The notes under the pieces are model-generated. The model did no database searches. It was given only the letters and a program-made list of their open reading frames with translations, and was not told the origin of the DNA. Positions 9,714-18,201 of a stretch of 64,000 bases of DNA are shown one piece after another; the first letter of the stretch is position 1; the number at the start of each line of letters is the position of its first letter. The DNA is taken from positions 72 to 64,071 of the forward strand of contig NZ_DATMFA010000022.1 of the NCBI RefSeq assembly GCF_035556475.1, given 5' to 3'. Origin of the DNA: Paracoccus sp. (in: a-proteobacteria) (lineage in GTDB: Bacteria; Pseudomonadota; Alphaproteobacteria; Rhodobacterales; Rhodobacteraceae). The position numbers were made by a program, and so were the translations under genes.

Positions 9714-10489
9714 CGCCCTTTCCAGACCGGATCACGTTTCTCGGCGAATGCGCGCGCCCCTTCCAGTTGATCCTCGGAACGGTAGAGCCGTTCGACGGTC
9801 TCCAGTTGGCTCTTGGTGATGCGGTTCAGCGCGTCCTGGAACTTCATGTCCTCGGCCTCGCGGACGATTTCCTTGATCGCTGCGAAAACCAGCGGTGGGC
9901 CCGAGGACAGTTCGTCGGCGAGCGCCCGGGCGGCGGCCATCAGCCCGTCGGCGGGGAGGATGCGGTTGATAAGGCCCCAGCGCGCGGCCTCATCGGCATC
10001 CAGCCAGCGTCCGGTCAGCAGCATCTCCATCGCGATGTGATAGGGGATGCGCTTCGGGAGCTTGATCGAGGCCGCGTCGGCGACGGTGCCCGAGCGGATC
10101 TCGGGCAAAGCGAAACGCGCATGTTCAGCGGCGAGGATGATGTCCCCCGACAGCGCCAGTTCCAACCCGCCGCCGCAGCAGATGCCATTCACCGCCACGA
10201 TCACCGGCTTGTTCAGACCGCGCAGCTCCTGCAAGCCGCCAAACCCTCCGACACCATAGTCGCCATCCACTGAATCGCCGCCCGCCGCCGCCTTCAAGTC
10301 CCAGCCGGGGCAGAAAAACTTCTCGCCCGCGGCTGTCAGGATGGCGACGCGCAGGTCGGGGTCATCGCGGAAACGGGTAAAGACCTCGCCCATGATGCGG
10401 CTGGTGGCAAGGTCGATGGCATTGGCCTTGGGCCGGTTCAGAGTGACCTCCAGCACATGACCGCGCGTCTCGGTTCGGATCGGGTTCAT
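9710..10489 (-). CDS. caiD: Crotonobetainyl-CoA hydratase / carnitinyl-CoA dehydratase (crotonase family)
   Basis: NRPKANAID, FFCPGWDLKAAA, GGFGGLQE, GGGLELAL, LPKRIPYHIAME match the CaiD/BcoD type. Confidence 0.85.
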   Translation of the reverse strand: MNPIRTETRGHVLEVTLNRPKANAIDLATSRIMGEVFTRFRDDPDLRVAILTAAGEKFFCPGWDLKAAAGGDSVDGDYGVGGFGGLQELRGLNKPVIVAVNGICCGGGLELALSGDIILAAEHARFALPEIRSGTVADAASIKLPKRIPYHIAMEMLLTGRWLDADEAARWGLINRILPADGLMAAARALADELSSGPPLVFAAIKEIVREAEDMKFQDALNRITKSQLETVERLYRSEDQLEGARAFAEKRDPVWKGR

Positions 10490-12516
10490 GGCAGCTCCCT
10501 TCGGATCAGCGCATCTACGGCGACGGCATCGTGTTCGCGGCAGATGAGCGGGTTGATTTCAATTTCGGTCAGTCCCGGCGTGGTGCGAACATAGTCCTGC
10601 ACCGCCATGACGGCATCGGCGATGGCATCCAGGTTGGCGGGTGGCGCGCCGCGCCAGCCTTGCAGCAGCGGCCAGATTTTCAACCCGCGCAAAATGGCGA
10701 TCACGTCATCGCGCGAGACCGGAAGCAGAGCCGAGGCGCTGTCGCGCAAAAGCTCGGTCAGCACACCGCCGGAACCGATGGTCAGCAGCCAGCCATGCGC
10801 CGGGTCGCGCGTGACGCCGATCAGGATTTCGGCGAGGCCCCCGGTCACCATTTCCTCGATCAGGAAAGATGTCGCGCCCATGCGGCGTGCCGCTGCCCTG
10901 ACCGCCTCGGCATCGTTCAGGCTCAGGACGACGGCGCCAGCCTCGGTCTTATGGGCAAAGCCCTCGCCCTTGAGCGCCACCGGAAAGCCGGGCGCCTCGG
11001 CAGCGGCTTCCTCGGGCGAGGTTACCCGGCGCGAGGCCGGGACGCGCAGACCGTGGGCCGCCAGCTCGGCCTTGGCCTGCGCCTCGGTCATGAGCGCGGG
11101 CAACACCGCCGGATCGGGGGGCAGGGGCCAGACCGGCTCAGGTTTGCCGGGCAGCGGGCTCGCGGCAAGCGCGATGGCGGTCATCGCTTCCGTTATGCCG
11201 CAAAGCGGGGTGATGCCCATGGCGATGCAGCGCCGCGCGACCTCCTCCGGCAGGTTCTCGGGCAGCGAGGCGATCAGCGCCAGCGGCATCGCGGGTGCCG
11301 GGCTGCCGGTCAGGGAGGCATCCATCGCCGCCACCACCTCGTCCCACGCGCCGACCGTGCATCGGTCGGCGCGGGGAAAGTCCAGCACGACGCAGGCCAT
11401 GGCCAATGTCGGGTCGGCGACAGCGCGAAAGCAGGCCGCCATCGCGTCACGGTCACCCCAGACATAGGTGTTATAGTCCAGCGGATTGGAAAGCGCGACC
11501 TTGGGCCCGAGCGCCTGGCGCAGGGCGCATTTCTGGACCGCATTCAGCGCGGGAAACTCCACGCCATGCGCCAGTCCGGCATCGGCCATCAGGCTGGCCT
11601 CTCCGCCCGAACAGGACAAGGACGCGATGCGGCGCGAGGCCAGAGGCCCCGCCACATGCAAGAGCTTCAGCGTTTCCAGCAGGGCCGGCAGGCTGTCGAC
11701 CTGCGCGATCCCCAGTCGGCGCAGCAATGCACGGCCACCCGCATCCGACCCGGCCAGCGAGGCGGTATGCGACACCGTCGCCGTCTGGGCCTGCGCCGAG
11801 GCGCCGACCTTCAGCGCCACGATGCGCTTGCCCAAAGCACGCGCGGTGGCGGCCAGCGCCTCGAAGCCGGGCACATCGCCGATGCCCTCGATATGCAGGC
11901 CAAGCGCGGTGACGCGCGGATCCGCCAGCAGCACCTTTCCGACCTCGGCAAAGCCCAACCGGGCCTGATTGCCCAGGGTAACGACATAGCCGAGCGGCAG
12001 GCCCCGCCGCTGCATGGTCAGGTTGATCGCGATATTCGAGGACTGGGTGATGATGGCGACACCCCGGTCCACGCGCTCGCAGCCATGCTGGTCGGGCCAG
12101 AGCGCAGCACCATCCAGCGCGTTGATGAAACCGTAACAGTTCGGTCCCAGGAACGGCATGTCACCCGCTGCCGCGACGAGGCGCTCCTGCATGGAGGCGC
12201 CATCGGCCAGCTCGGCGGTGGCCTCGCGGAAACCGGCGGCAAAGCAGACCGCGCCGCCTGCCCTCATCGTCGCCAACTCGGTCATCACTGAAATGGAGCT
12301 GTCGCGGTTCACGCCGACAAAGACCGCGTCCGGGGGCGATGGCAGGTCGGCCAGCCGGGCAAAGGCGCGCAGCCCGCCGATTTCGGCCTTGCCGGGGTTG
12401 ACCGGCCAGATCGGCCCATCAAAGCCGATGCGCTGGGAGGCGCTGATGATATTCCCGCACCACCCGCTGCCACCGATGGCGGCGATAGAGCGGGGACGAA
12501 ACAACCGCTCCATCAC
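10486..12516 (-). CDS. Acetate-CoA-ligase family acyl-CoA synthetase (NDP-forming), BcoA/B-like
   Basis: CoA-binding domain, LGPNCYG, SCSGG, NPLDY, HKTEAGAV ATP-grasp; lies between ACAD and caiD. Confidence 0.8.
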   Translation of the reverse strand: MMERLFRPRSIAAIGGSGWCGNIISASQRIGFDGPIWPVNPGKAEIGGLRAFARLADLPSPPDAVFVGVNRDSSISVMTELATMRAGGAVCFAAGFREATAELADGASMQERLVAAAGDMPFLGPNCYGFINALDGAALWPDQHGCERVDRGVAIITQSSNIAINLTMQRRGLPLGYVVTLGNQARLGFAEVGKVLLADPRVTALGLHIEGIGDVPGFEALAATARALGKRIVALKVGASAQAQTATVSHTASLAGSDAGGRALLRRLGIAQVDSLPALLETLKLLHVAGPLASRRIASLSCSGGEASLMADAGLAHGVEFPALNAVQKCALRQALGPKVALSNPLDYNTYVWGDRDAMAACFRAVADPTLAMACVVLDFPRADRCTVGAWDEVVAAMDASLTGSPAPAMPLALIASLPENLPEEVARRCIAMGITPLCGITEAMTAIALAASPLPGKPEPVWPLPPDPAVLPALMTEAQAKAELAAHGLRVPASRRVTSPEEAAAEAPGFPVALKGEGFAHKTEAGAVVLSLNDAEAVRAAARRMGATSFLIEEMVTGGLAEILIGVTRDPAHGWLLTIGSGGVLTELLRDSASALLPVSRDDVIAILRGLKIWPLLQGWRGAPPANLDAIADAVMAVQDYVRTTPGLTEIEINPLICREHDAVAVDALIRRELP

Positions 12517-13673
12517 GCCCCCAAAGGCCGGAACAGCTCGCGCCCGATGATATGGCGCTGGATCTCTGACGTGCCGTCCCAGATCCGCTCGACACGGGCA
12601 TCACGCCAGAAGCGTTCGACAGGGAAATCGTCCATCAGCCCCATGCCGCCATGGATCTGCAGCGTCGCATCGGTGACGCGGGCCAGCATCTCGGATGCAT
12701 AAAGCTTGGCGCTGGCAATCTCGCGGTTCGCGGGCAGGTTCTGGTCCAGCCGCCACGCGCCGGAAAGCGTCAGCCAGTCGGCGGCGTCGATCTCGGTGAT
12801 CATGTCCGCGATCTGGAAGCTGATGCCCTGAAACCGGGCGATGGGCTGGCCGAACTGCTGCCGCTCTGCCGCATAGCTGACGGCATGGTCAAAGCAGCGC
12901 CTCGCCCGCCCGACGCAGAAGGCCGCGACCGTCAATCGCGTGGCATAGAGCCATTCGTTCATCACCGCAAAGCCGCCATCGACCTCGCCCAGCACCTGCG
13001 TATCCGGCAGGCGGCAACCGTCGAAATACAGCGTGTAATTGCGATAGCCGCGATGCGAAACCGAGTTGTAGCCGTCGCGCACCTCGAATCCCGGCGTGCC
13101 GCGATCGACCAGAAAGCAGGTGATGCGCTTTTTCGGTCCCTGCGGCGTGTCGTCCAACCCGGTCGCCACGAAGACAATGAAGAAATCCGCATGTTCCGCA
13201 CCGGAGATGAAGTGTTTCGAGCCATTCACCACCCAGTCGCCGCCATCGCGCACCGCCGTGCATTTCATGCCGCGCACGTCCGAACCCGCGTCAGGCTCGG
13301 TCATGGCCAGCGCGTCCATCCGCTCGCCCCGCACGGTGGGCAGCAGGTAACGTTCGCGCTGCTCGTCCTTGCAGGCCATCAGGATATTCTGCGGCCGGCC
13401 AAAGAAATGCGTCAGCGCCATCGAGCCGCGACCCAGCTCGCGCTCAACCAGCGTCATGCTCAGATGCGACAGGCCGGCGCCACCGACCTCCTCCGGGAAG
13501 TTGCAGGCATAGAAGCCCAGTTCGATGACCTTGCGCTTGATCTCTTCGCCAAGTTCACGCGGCACCTGACCCGTCCGTTCGACCAGCACCTCATGCGGGT
13601 AGATCTCGTTTTCCACGAAACTGCGCACGGTGGAAACGATCATCTGCTGTTCATCGTCCAGCCCGAAATCCAT
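12513..13673 (-). CDS. Acyl-CoA dehydrogenase, BcoC-like (gamma-butyrobetainyl-CoA dehydrogenase)
   Basis: AMTEPDAGSD, NGSKHFIS, RQQFGQPI, QIHGGMG, RIWDGTSEIQ; start trimmed to MDFGLDDEQ. Confidence 0.85.
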   Translation of the reverse strand: MDFGLDDEQQMIVSTVRSFVENEIYPHEVLVERTGQVPRELGEEIKRKVIELGFYACNFPEEVGGAGLSHLSMTLVERELGRGSMALTHFFGRPQNILMACKDEQRERYLLPTVRGERMDALAMTEPDAGSDVRGMKCTAVRDGGDWVVNGSKHFISGAEHADFFIVFVATGLDDTPQGPKKRITCFLVDRGTPGFEVRDGYNSVSHRGYRNYTLYFDGCRLPDTQVLGEVDGGFAVMNEWLYATRLTVAAFCVGRARRCFDHAVSYAAERQQFGQPIARFQGISFQIADMITEIDAADWLTLSGAWRLDQNLPANREIASAKLYASEMLARVTDATLQIHGGMGLMDDFPVERFWRDARVERIWDGTSEIQRHIIGRELFRPLGA

Positions 13674-13696
13674 GAAGAAACCCCTTGTCGATTCGA

Positions 13697-13743
13697 CTTC
13701 AGGATGGAACATCTCGGCGGAGGGCATCATGCAGGATTGGCCA
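13697..13743 (-). promoter_or_regulatory. Divergent promoter region between bcoC-like gene and its regulator
   Basis: Same motif arrangement as 8714-8759. Confidence 0.45.
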
Positions 13744-13749
13744 ATGGTC

Positions 13750-14694
13750 ATGCAGAGTTGGAATGAAAAAGATCCAGCTTGGCAGGTCGACGTGTTGCTC
13801 TTCGACCATTTCTCGAACCATTGTTTGGCCAATGCGATCGAGCCATTGCGCGCCGCCAATACCCTTTCGCGCAAATCGCTGTATCGCTGGCGCTTCCTTG
13901 GTATCGACGGGGCGCCGGTGCAGTCCTCCAGCGGGTTGCCGGTGACGCCCGAGGCCGCATTGCGTCATGTGGACGGCGGTGATTGCCTGATCGTCATGCC
14001 GAGCTACGGCTTTCGTGCCCATGCCTCGGTCGCCTGTCTGCACGCCTTGCGCGCCGCCGCGCGGCGCTACGGCATGCTGGTCGGCATGGATACCGGCGCA
14101 TGGTTGCTGGCCGCAGCCGGCCTTCTGGATGGGCGTCGCGCAACCATCCACTGGGACGAGATCGGCACCCTGGCCGAGACCTTCCCCGAGGTCGAGGTCA
14201 TCTCGGACCGCTTCACCATCGACGGCAACCGGCTGTGCTGCGGCGGCGTGACCACGGCCTTCGACCTCATCCTGCATCTGATCGGCGAACAGCACGGCTC
14301 CATGCTGGCGTTGGAGGTCGCCGCATTGTTCATGCACGGCACCCGAGAGCACGCCAGCCAATACCGCGCCACGCCCGACGCCGCCGTCCATGCCGTGGTG
14401 TCGCTGATGCGTCGCAACATCGAGGCACCCCTGCCGATCCCCGAGATCGCCGCCCGCGCCGGGCTGAGCCGCAAGCGTCTGGAAACATTGTTTCGCGACC
14501 GTCTTCGCATGACCCCGCAGGCCGTCTATCGCGCCATCCGGTTGCGCGAGGCGCGACGGCTGGCTGAATACAGCCGCCAGAGCATCTCGGAGATCGCCAG
14601 CCGTTGCGGATATGACGATGCCACGGCGATGACACGCGCCTTTCGGTCGGAATTCGGATGCACTCCCACTTCGTTGAGAGGGTCGGGATTGTAG
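13750..14694 (+). CDS. Second GlxA-type AraC family regulator
   Basis: FSNHCLANAIEPLRAAN, GMDTGAWLLAAAGLL, AraC HTH; start 13750 or 13744. Confidence 0.87.
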   Translation: MQSWNEKDPAWQVDVLLFDHFSNHCLANAIEPLRAANTLSRKSLYRWRFLGIDGAPVQSSSGLPVTPEAALRHVDGGDCLIVMPSYGFRAHASVACLHALRAAARRYGMLVGMDTGAWLLAAAGLLDGRRATIHWDEIGTLAETFPEVEVISDRFTIDGNRLCCGGVTTAFDLILHLIGEQHGSMLALEVAALFMHGTREHASQYRATPDAAVHAVVSLMRRNIEAPLPIPEIAARAGLSRKRLETLFRDRLRMTPQAVYRAIRLREARRLAEYSRQSISEIASRCGYDDATAMTRAFRSEFGCTPTSLRGSGL

Positions 14695-14702
14695 CGGGGG
14701 TA

Positions 14703-14834
14703 TGGAATTTTCGAGGGCTACCACCGGGATCGGTCACGCGGGCGGCTGGAAAAGCCGCAGCTGGAGGTGGGGTCACGGCCGTCGCCAAGTCCATGCAGAC
14801 CTTTGTTGTCGAGGAGCGCATTGGCGCAATCTGA
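14703..14834 (+). pseudogene. Possible 3' remnant of an unidentified gene
   Basis: Coding-like codons ...GGGVTAVAKSMQTFVVEERIGAI-stop with no credible start; sits between convergent genes. Confidence 0.3.
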
Positions 14835-14894
14835 CCCTACCCTCGAGGGGAGAATGCCGCTCGAGGCCGCCGATGCAGTCCGCACATTACCCGG

Positions 14895-15665
14895 TCAGGG
14901 GTTATGAAACGCGAGCCGACTGGCAAGATCCCGAGCGATCTCGGCGAAATGAGCAGGACCGTGCATCTCGGCCTCGGCCTCGGTCATCGAGATAGCCAGA
15001 CCCGCAGCCACTGCCCCTCCAGCCTCGCGGATCGGCACGCCGACACAGACCATTCCCACCCGGATTTCGCCGCAATCGAGCGCAAAGCCCCGTGCCGCCG
15101 CCTCATCCAACTGCGTCTCGAGGCTTTGGGCGTCAGAGACGCTGGCCGGGGTAAAGGCCTCGGGCCAGGTCGTTGGCAGGATCGCCTGCCGCGCGGCGGT
15201 GGCAAGCGTCGACAGAATCGCCTTGCCTGTGGCCGAGAAAACTGCAGGCACGCGCATGCCGGTGCGAAAGGTGAAGCCGAGTGGCCGCACCGAGTTGCGG
15301 CAGCCGATGTAAACGACATCCGCCTGGTCCAGTACCGAGAGTGTCACCGTATAATCGGCCAGCCGCATATCCTGCGTCATCAGATGGTCGAAGGCGCGGA
15401 CAAGATCATTGCGGCCGAGATAAGCCGCGCTCCATTGCAGCACATGCGGACCGAGAGCAAACCCCCCGGCCTCGACTTGCAATAGCCCGAGCCGCACCAA
15501 GGTTTCGCACAGGCCATGCAGCGTGCTTTTCGCAATCTGGAGGCGTTGCGACAATTCCGACAGGCGTAAGGGCCCCGTCTCCTCCGCCAAAAGGTCAAGC
15601 ACTGCCACCGCACGGCCAAGGGCTGGCACCACAAGCTTCTGACGCGGAGCAGACAGGTTGTCCAT
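14895..15665 (-). CDS. blcR: IclR family regulator, BlcR/AttJ-like (succinic semialdehyde sensor)
   Basis: VPALGRAV HTH start; YTVTLSVLDQADVVYIGCRNSVRPLGFTFRTGMRVPAVFSATGK closely follows my recollection of Agrobacterium BlcR; divergent from an SSADH gene. Confidence 0.75.
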   Translation of the reverse strand: MDNLSAPRQKLVVPALGRAVAVLDLLAEETGPLRLSELSQRLQIAKSTLHGLCETLVRLGLLQVEAGGFALGPHVLQWSAAYLGRNDLVRAFDHLMTQDMRLADYTVTLSVLDQADVVYIGCRNSVRPLGFTFRTGMRVPAVFSATGKAILSTLATAARQAILPTTWPEAFTPASVSDAQSLETQLDEAAARGFALDCGEIRVGMVCVGVPIREAGGAVAAGLAISMTEAEAEMHGPAHFAEIARDLASRLAFHNP

Positions 15666-15773
15666 GACTCGATCCTCGTTCGTCCCGGCTTGTAAGGACA
15701 GGCCTTCGTTTCCGACAGGTGCGACTGGCTCTGACAAGTTGACAGAAGGCGCCAGGCTTTCTAATGTCCCATC

Positions 15774-15809
15774 GTTCGGTATATTGATTACTGTTCATAA
15801 TATCGAACA
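15774..15809. promoter_or_regulatory. Tandem IclR-type operator (two imperfect inverted repeats)
   Basis: GTTCGGTATATTGATT-ACT-GTTCATAATATCGAAC between divergent blcR and gabD. Confidence 0.65.
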
Positions 15810-15879
15810 CAACAGCCTGTCAATGAACTTCTATCGCCGCCACGCCTTTGGCTTCATCCGCTCCAACCGGGAATACACC

Positions 15880-17325
15880 ATGCTTCATCTCGCCGATCCG
15901 TCGCTTCTGCGTTCAGCCTGCCTCGTGAATGGAGAATGGCGGCAAAGCGTGTCGGGCAGATTGATCGATGTCACCAACCCGGCCGATGGATCGGTCGTGG
16001 GGCAAGTGCCTCGCTTTGATCACGATGAGATCGCCGAGGTGATCACGGCCGCCGAGCAGGCGCAGAAACCTTGGGCGGCGCGTACGGCCAAGGACCGCTC
16101 GGGCGTTCTGCGCAGATGGTTCGAGCTGATAGTCGCCAATGCCGAAGATATTGCGCTGATCATGACCTCCGAGCAGGGCAAGCCGCTGGCCGAGGCGCGG
16201 GGCGAGGTGATCTATGCCGCCTCCTTCATCGAGTGGTTTGCCGAAGAGGCCAAGCGCATCTATGGCGAGACCGTTCCCGCGCCGCTGACGAGTCAACGCA
16301 TCACGGTGCTGAAGCAGCCGATTGGCGTCACGGCAGCAATTACGCCGTGGAACTTCCCGGCGGCCATGATCACCCGCAAGGTCGGTCCGGCATTGGCGGC
16401 GGGCTGCACGATGATCGTTCGTCCAGCCGACCTGACGCCACTGACCGCATTGGCGCTTGGCGCGCTGGCCGAGCGGGCTGGGATACCGGCAGGCGTGTTG
16501 CAGATCGTCACGGGATCTTCGACCGGGATCGGCAAGGCACTGACCGAAAGCGATATTGTGCGCAAGCTGTCCTTCACCGGTTCGACCGAGGTGGGCCGGC
16601 TGCTGATGGCGCAATGCGCACCGACGATCAAGAAAGTCAGCCTCGAATTGGGGGGCAACGCGCCCTTCATCGTTTTTGACGATGCCGACCTTGATGCGGC
16701 GGTCGAAGGGGCGATCATCTCGAAATTCCGCAATGCCGGGCAGACTTGCGTCTGCGCCAATCGCTTTCTGGTCCAGGACGGTGTCTACGATGCCTTCGCC
16801 GAGAAGCTGGCCGAGCGCGTTGCGGGTTTGAGAGTCGGAAACGGGATCACGAAGGGCACCGATCTTGGCCCGCTGATCGAGGAAAAGGCGCTGCAGAAAG
16901 TCGAGGATCATATTGCCGATGCGCTGTCGAAAGGGGCAGAGCTGGTGCAAGGGGGCAAGCGTCTGGGCGGGCTCTACATGTCACCTGCCGTCGTGACCGG
17001 GGTGACCCCGGCGATGAAGGTGGCGCAAGAGGAAACCTTTGGGCCGCTGGCCCCTCTGTTCCGCTTCAAGACCGAGGACGAAGCCTTGCGGCTGGCCAAT
17101 GACACTATCTTTGGACTGGCCGCCTATTTCTATACCCGCGACCATGCCCGGGTCATTCGCGTCAGCGAGGGGCTGGAATATGGTATGGTTGGCCATAATA
17201 CCGGCATGATCTCGAATGAGGTGGCTCCGTTCGGCGGGGTCAAACAATCGGGTCTCGGCCGCGAGGGCTCTCACCACGGCATCGAGGACTATCTCGAGAT
17301 CAAATACATCTGCTCGGCAATCTGA
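15880..17325 (+). CDS. gabD: NAD(P)-dependent succinate-semialdehyde dehydrogenase (GabD/BlcA type)
   Basis: ITPWNFPAAMITRK, SFTGSTEVG, LELGGNAP, GQTCVCANR, EETFGP, FGGVKQSGLGREGS. Confidence 0.92.
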   Translation: MLHLADPSLLRSACLVNGEWRQSVSGRLIDVTNPADGSVVGQVPRFDHDEIAEVITAAEQAQKPWAARTAKDRSGVLRRWFELIVANAEDIALIMTSEQGKPLAEARGEVIYAASFIEWFAEEAKRIYGETVPAPLTSQRITVLKQPIGVTAAITPWNFPAAMITRKVGPALAAGCTMIVRPADLTPLTALALGALAERAGIPAGVLQIVTGSSTGIGKALTESDIVRKLSFTGSTEVGRLLMAQCAPTIKKVSLELGGNAPFIVFDDADLDAAVEGAIISKFRNAGQTCVCANRFLVQDGVYDAFAEKLAERVAGLRVGNGITKGTDLGPLIEEKALQKVEDHIADALSKGAELVQGGKRLGGLYMSPAVVTGVTPAMKVAQEETFGPLAPLFRFKTEDEALRLANDTIFGLAAYFYTRDHARVIRVSEGLEYGMVGHNTGMISNEVAPFGGVKQSGLGREGSHHGIEDYLEIKYICSAI

Positions 17326-17391
17326 AACAGCAGATCAGGACCAGGTCTTGGGGAGGCTTCATAAATGGGGCCTCGCCCTGTTTGCGGTCGG

Positions 17392-17516
17392 GGCATCAGT
17401 CGGTTCTGTAAGGAAACGACAAGGGGGTCGAGGCTTTCCCTCACCCGTCCGATCGAGGTGAATACCCCCTCTGGATCGACGCGACGTATCTCAAGATCCG
17501 CCAGAGCGGCCGGATC
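17392..17516 (+). mobile_element. Decayed IS256-family transposase fragment
   Basis: Across frameshifts reads SRFCKE-[I]DKGVEAF-[L]TRPIEGEYP-LWIDATYLKIRQSGRI, the IS256 region around the first catalytic Asp. Confidence 0.75.
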
Positions 17517-17621
17517 ACGGCCACGCTCTTGGATTCCTCGAGATGCTGATGAAACCCGCAGGTCACCTGCAAGGCAGAAGCAGGTGAGTCTCAGAAATCC
17601 CACAATTCGATAGAGCTATTT

Positions 17622-17638
17622 TTCATATTGATAATGAA
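17622..17638. promoter_or_regulatory. Candidate operator upstream of tctB
   Basis: Inverted repeat TTCAT-N7-ATGAA in an AT-rich patch. Confidence 0.35.
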
Positions 17639-17753
17639 GCCTGCTTGAAGTAGAGCCTGCCCTGCTCTTGGAGAAGGAGCTGGTCACTTTCTTGATCTTG
17701 GTCTGCATGACTGCGCCTTCCCCAATGATCTGAAAAGCCTGGGGAGGAGCAAG

Positions 17754-18200
17754 GTGCTAAACGTTCGGTTATCGCAAGATCTGCTTGCAGCACTGATATT
17801 CATTTTGATCGGCAGTTCCGCACTGTGGTTTGGACGGATGCTGGAACCCGGCACTTCGGCCGAGATGGGGCCGGGATATCTGCCCCGCGCCCTCGGCTGG
17901 CTCATTCTCGGTTTTGGCATTATCACAATGCTGCGAAGCGTCTGGATCGCGTCGCCGCGTGTGGGAGGCATCAAGCTGCGTCCGATCCTCGTGGTCATGG
18001 GCGCGGTGGGTCTGTTTGCCTTGCTTGTCGAGCCAGCTGGTTTCATCCCGGCGAGTGTCGCGGTCGTCTTGCTTTCGACCTTCGGGATGGGTCGCCCCTC
18101 GCTGCCATACCTGCTTGGCCAGAGCATCCTGTTGCCGGCTGCGCTGGCGGTCGTCTTTGTGCTGGGCCTGGGCCTGCCCTTCGACCTGTGGTGGTTCTGA
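17754..18200 (+). CDS. tctB: Tripartite tricarboxylate transporter small membrane subunit TctB
   Basis: Four TM segments, MGPGYLP motif, GFIPA; directly upstream of tctA. Confidence 0.85.
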   Translation: MLNVRLSQDLLAALIFILIGSSALWFGRMLEPGTSAEMGPGYLPRALGWLILGFGIITMLRSVWIASPRVGGIKLRPILVVMGAVGLFALLVEPAGFIPASVAVVLLSTFGMGRPSLPYLLGQSILLPAALAVVFVLGLGLPFDLWWF

Positions 18201-18201
18201 C

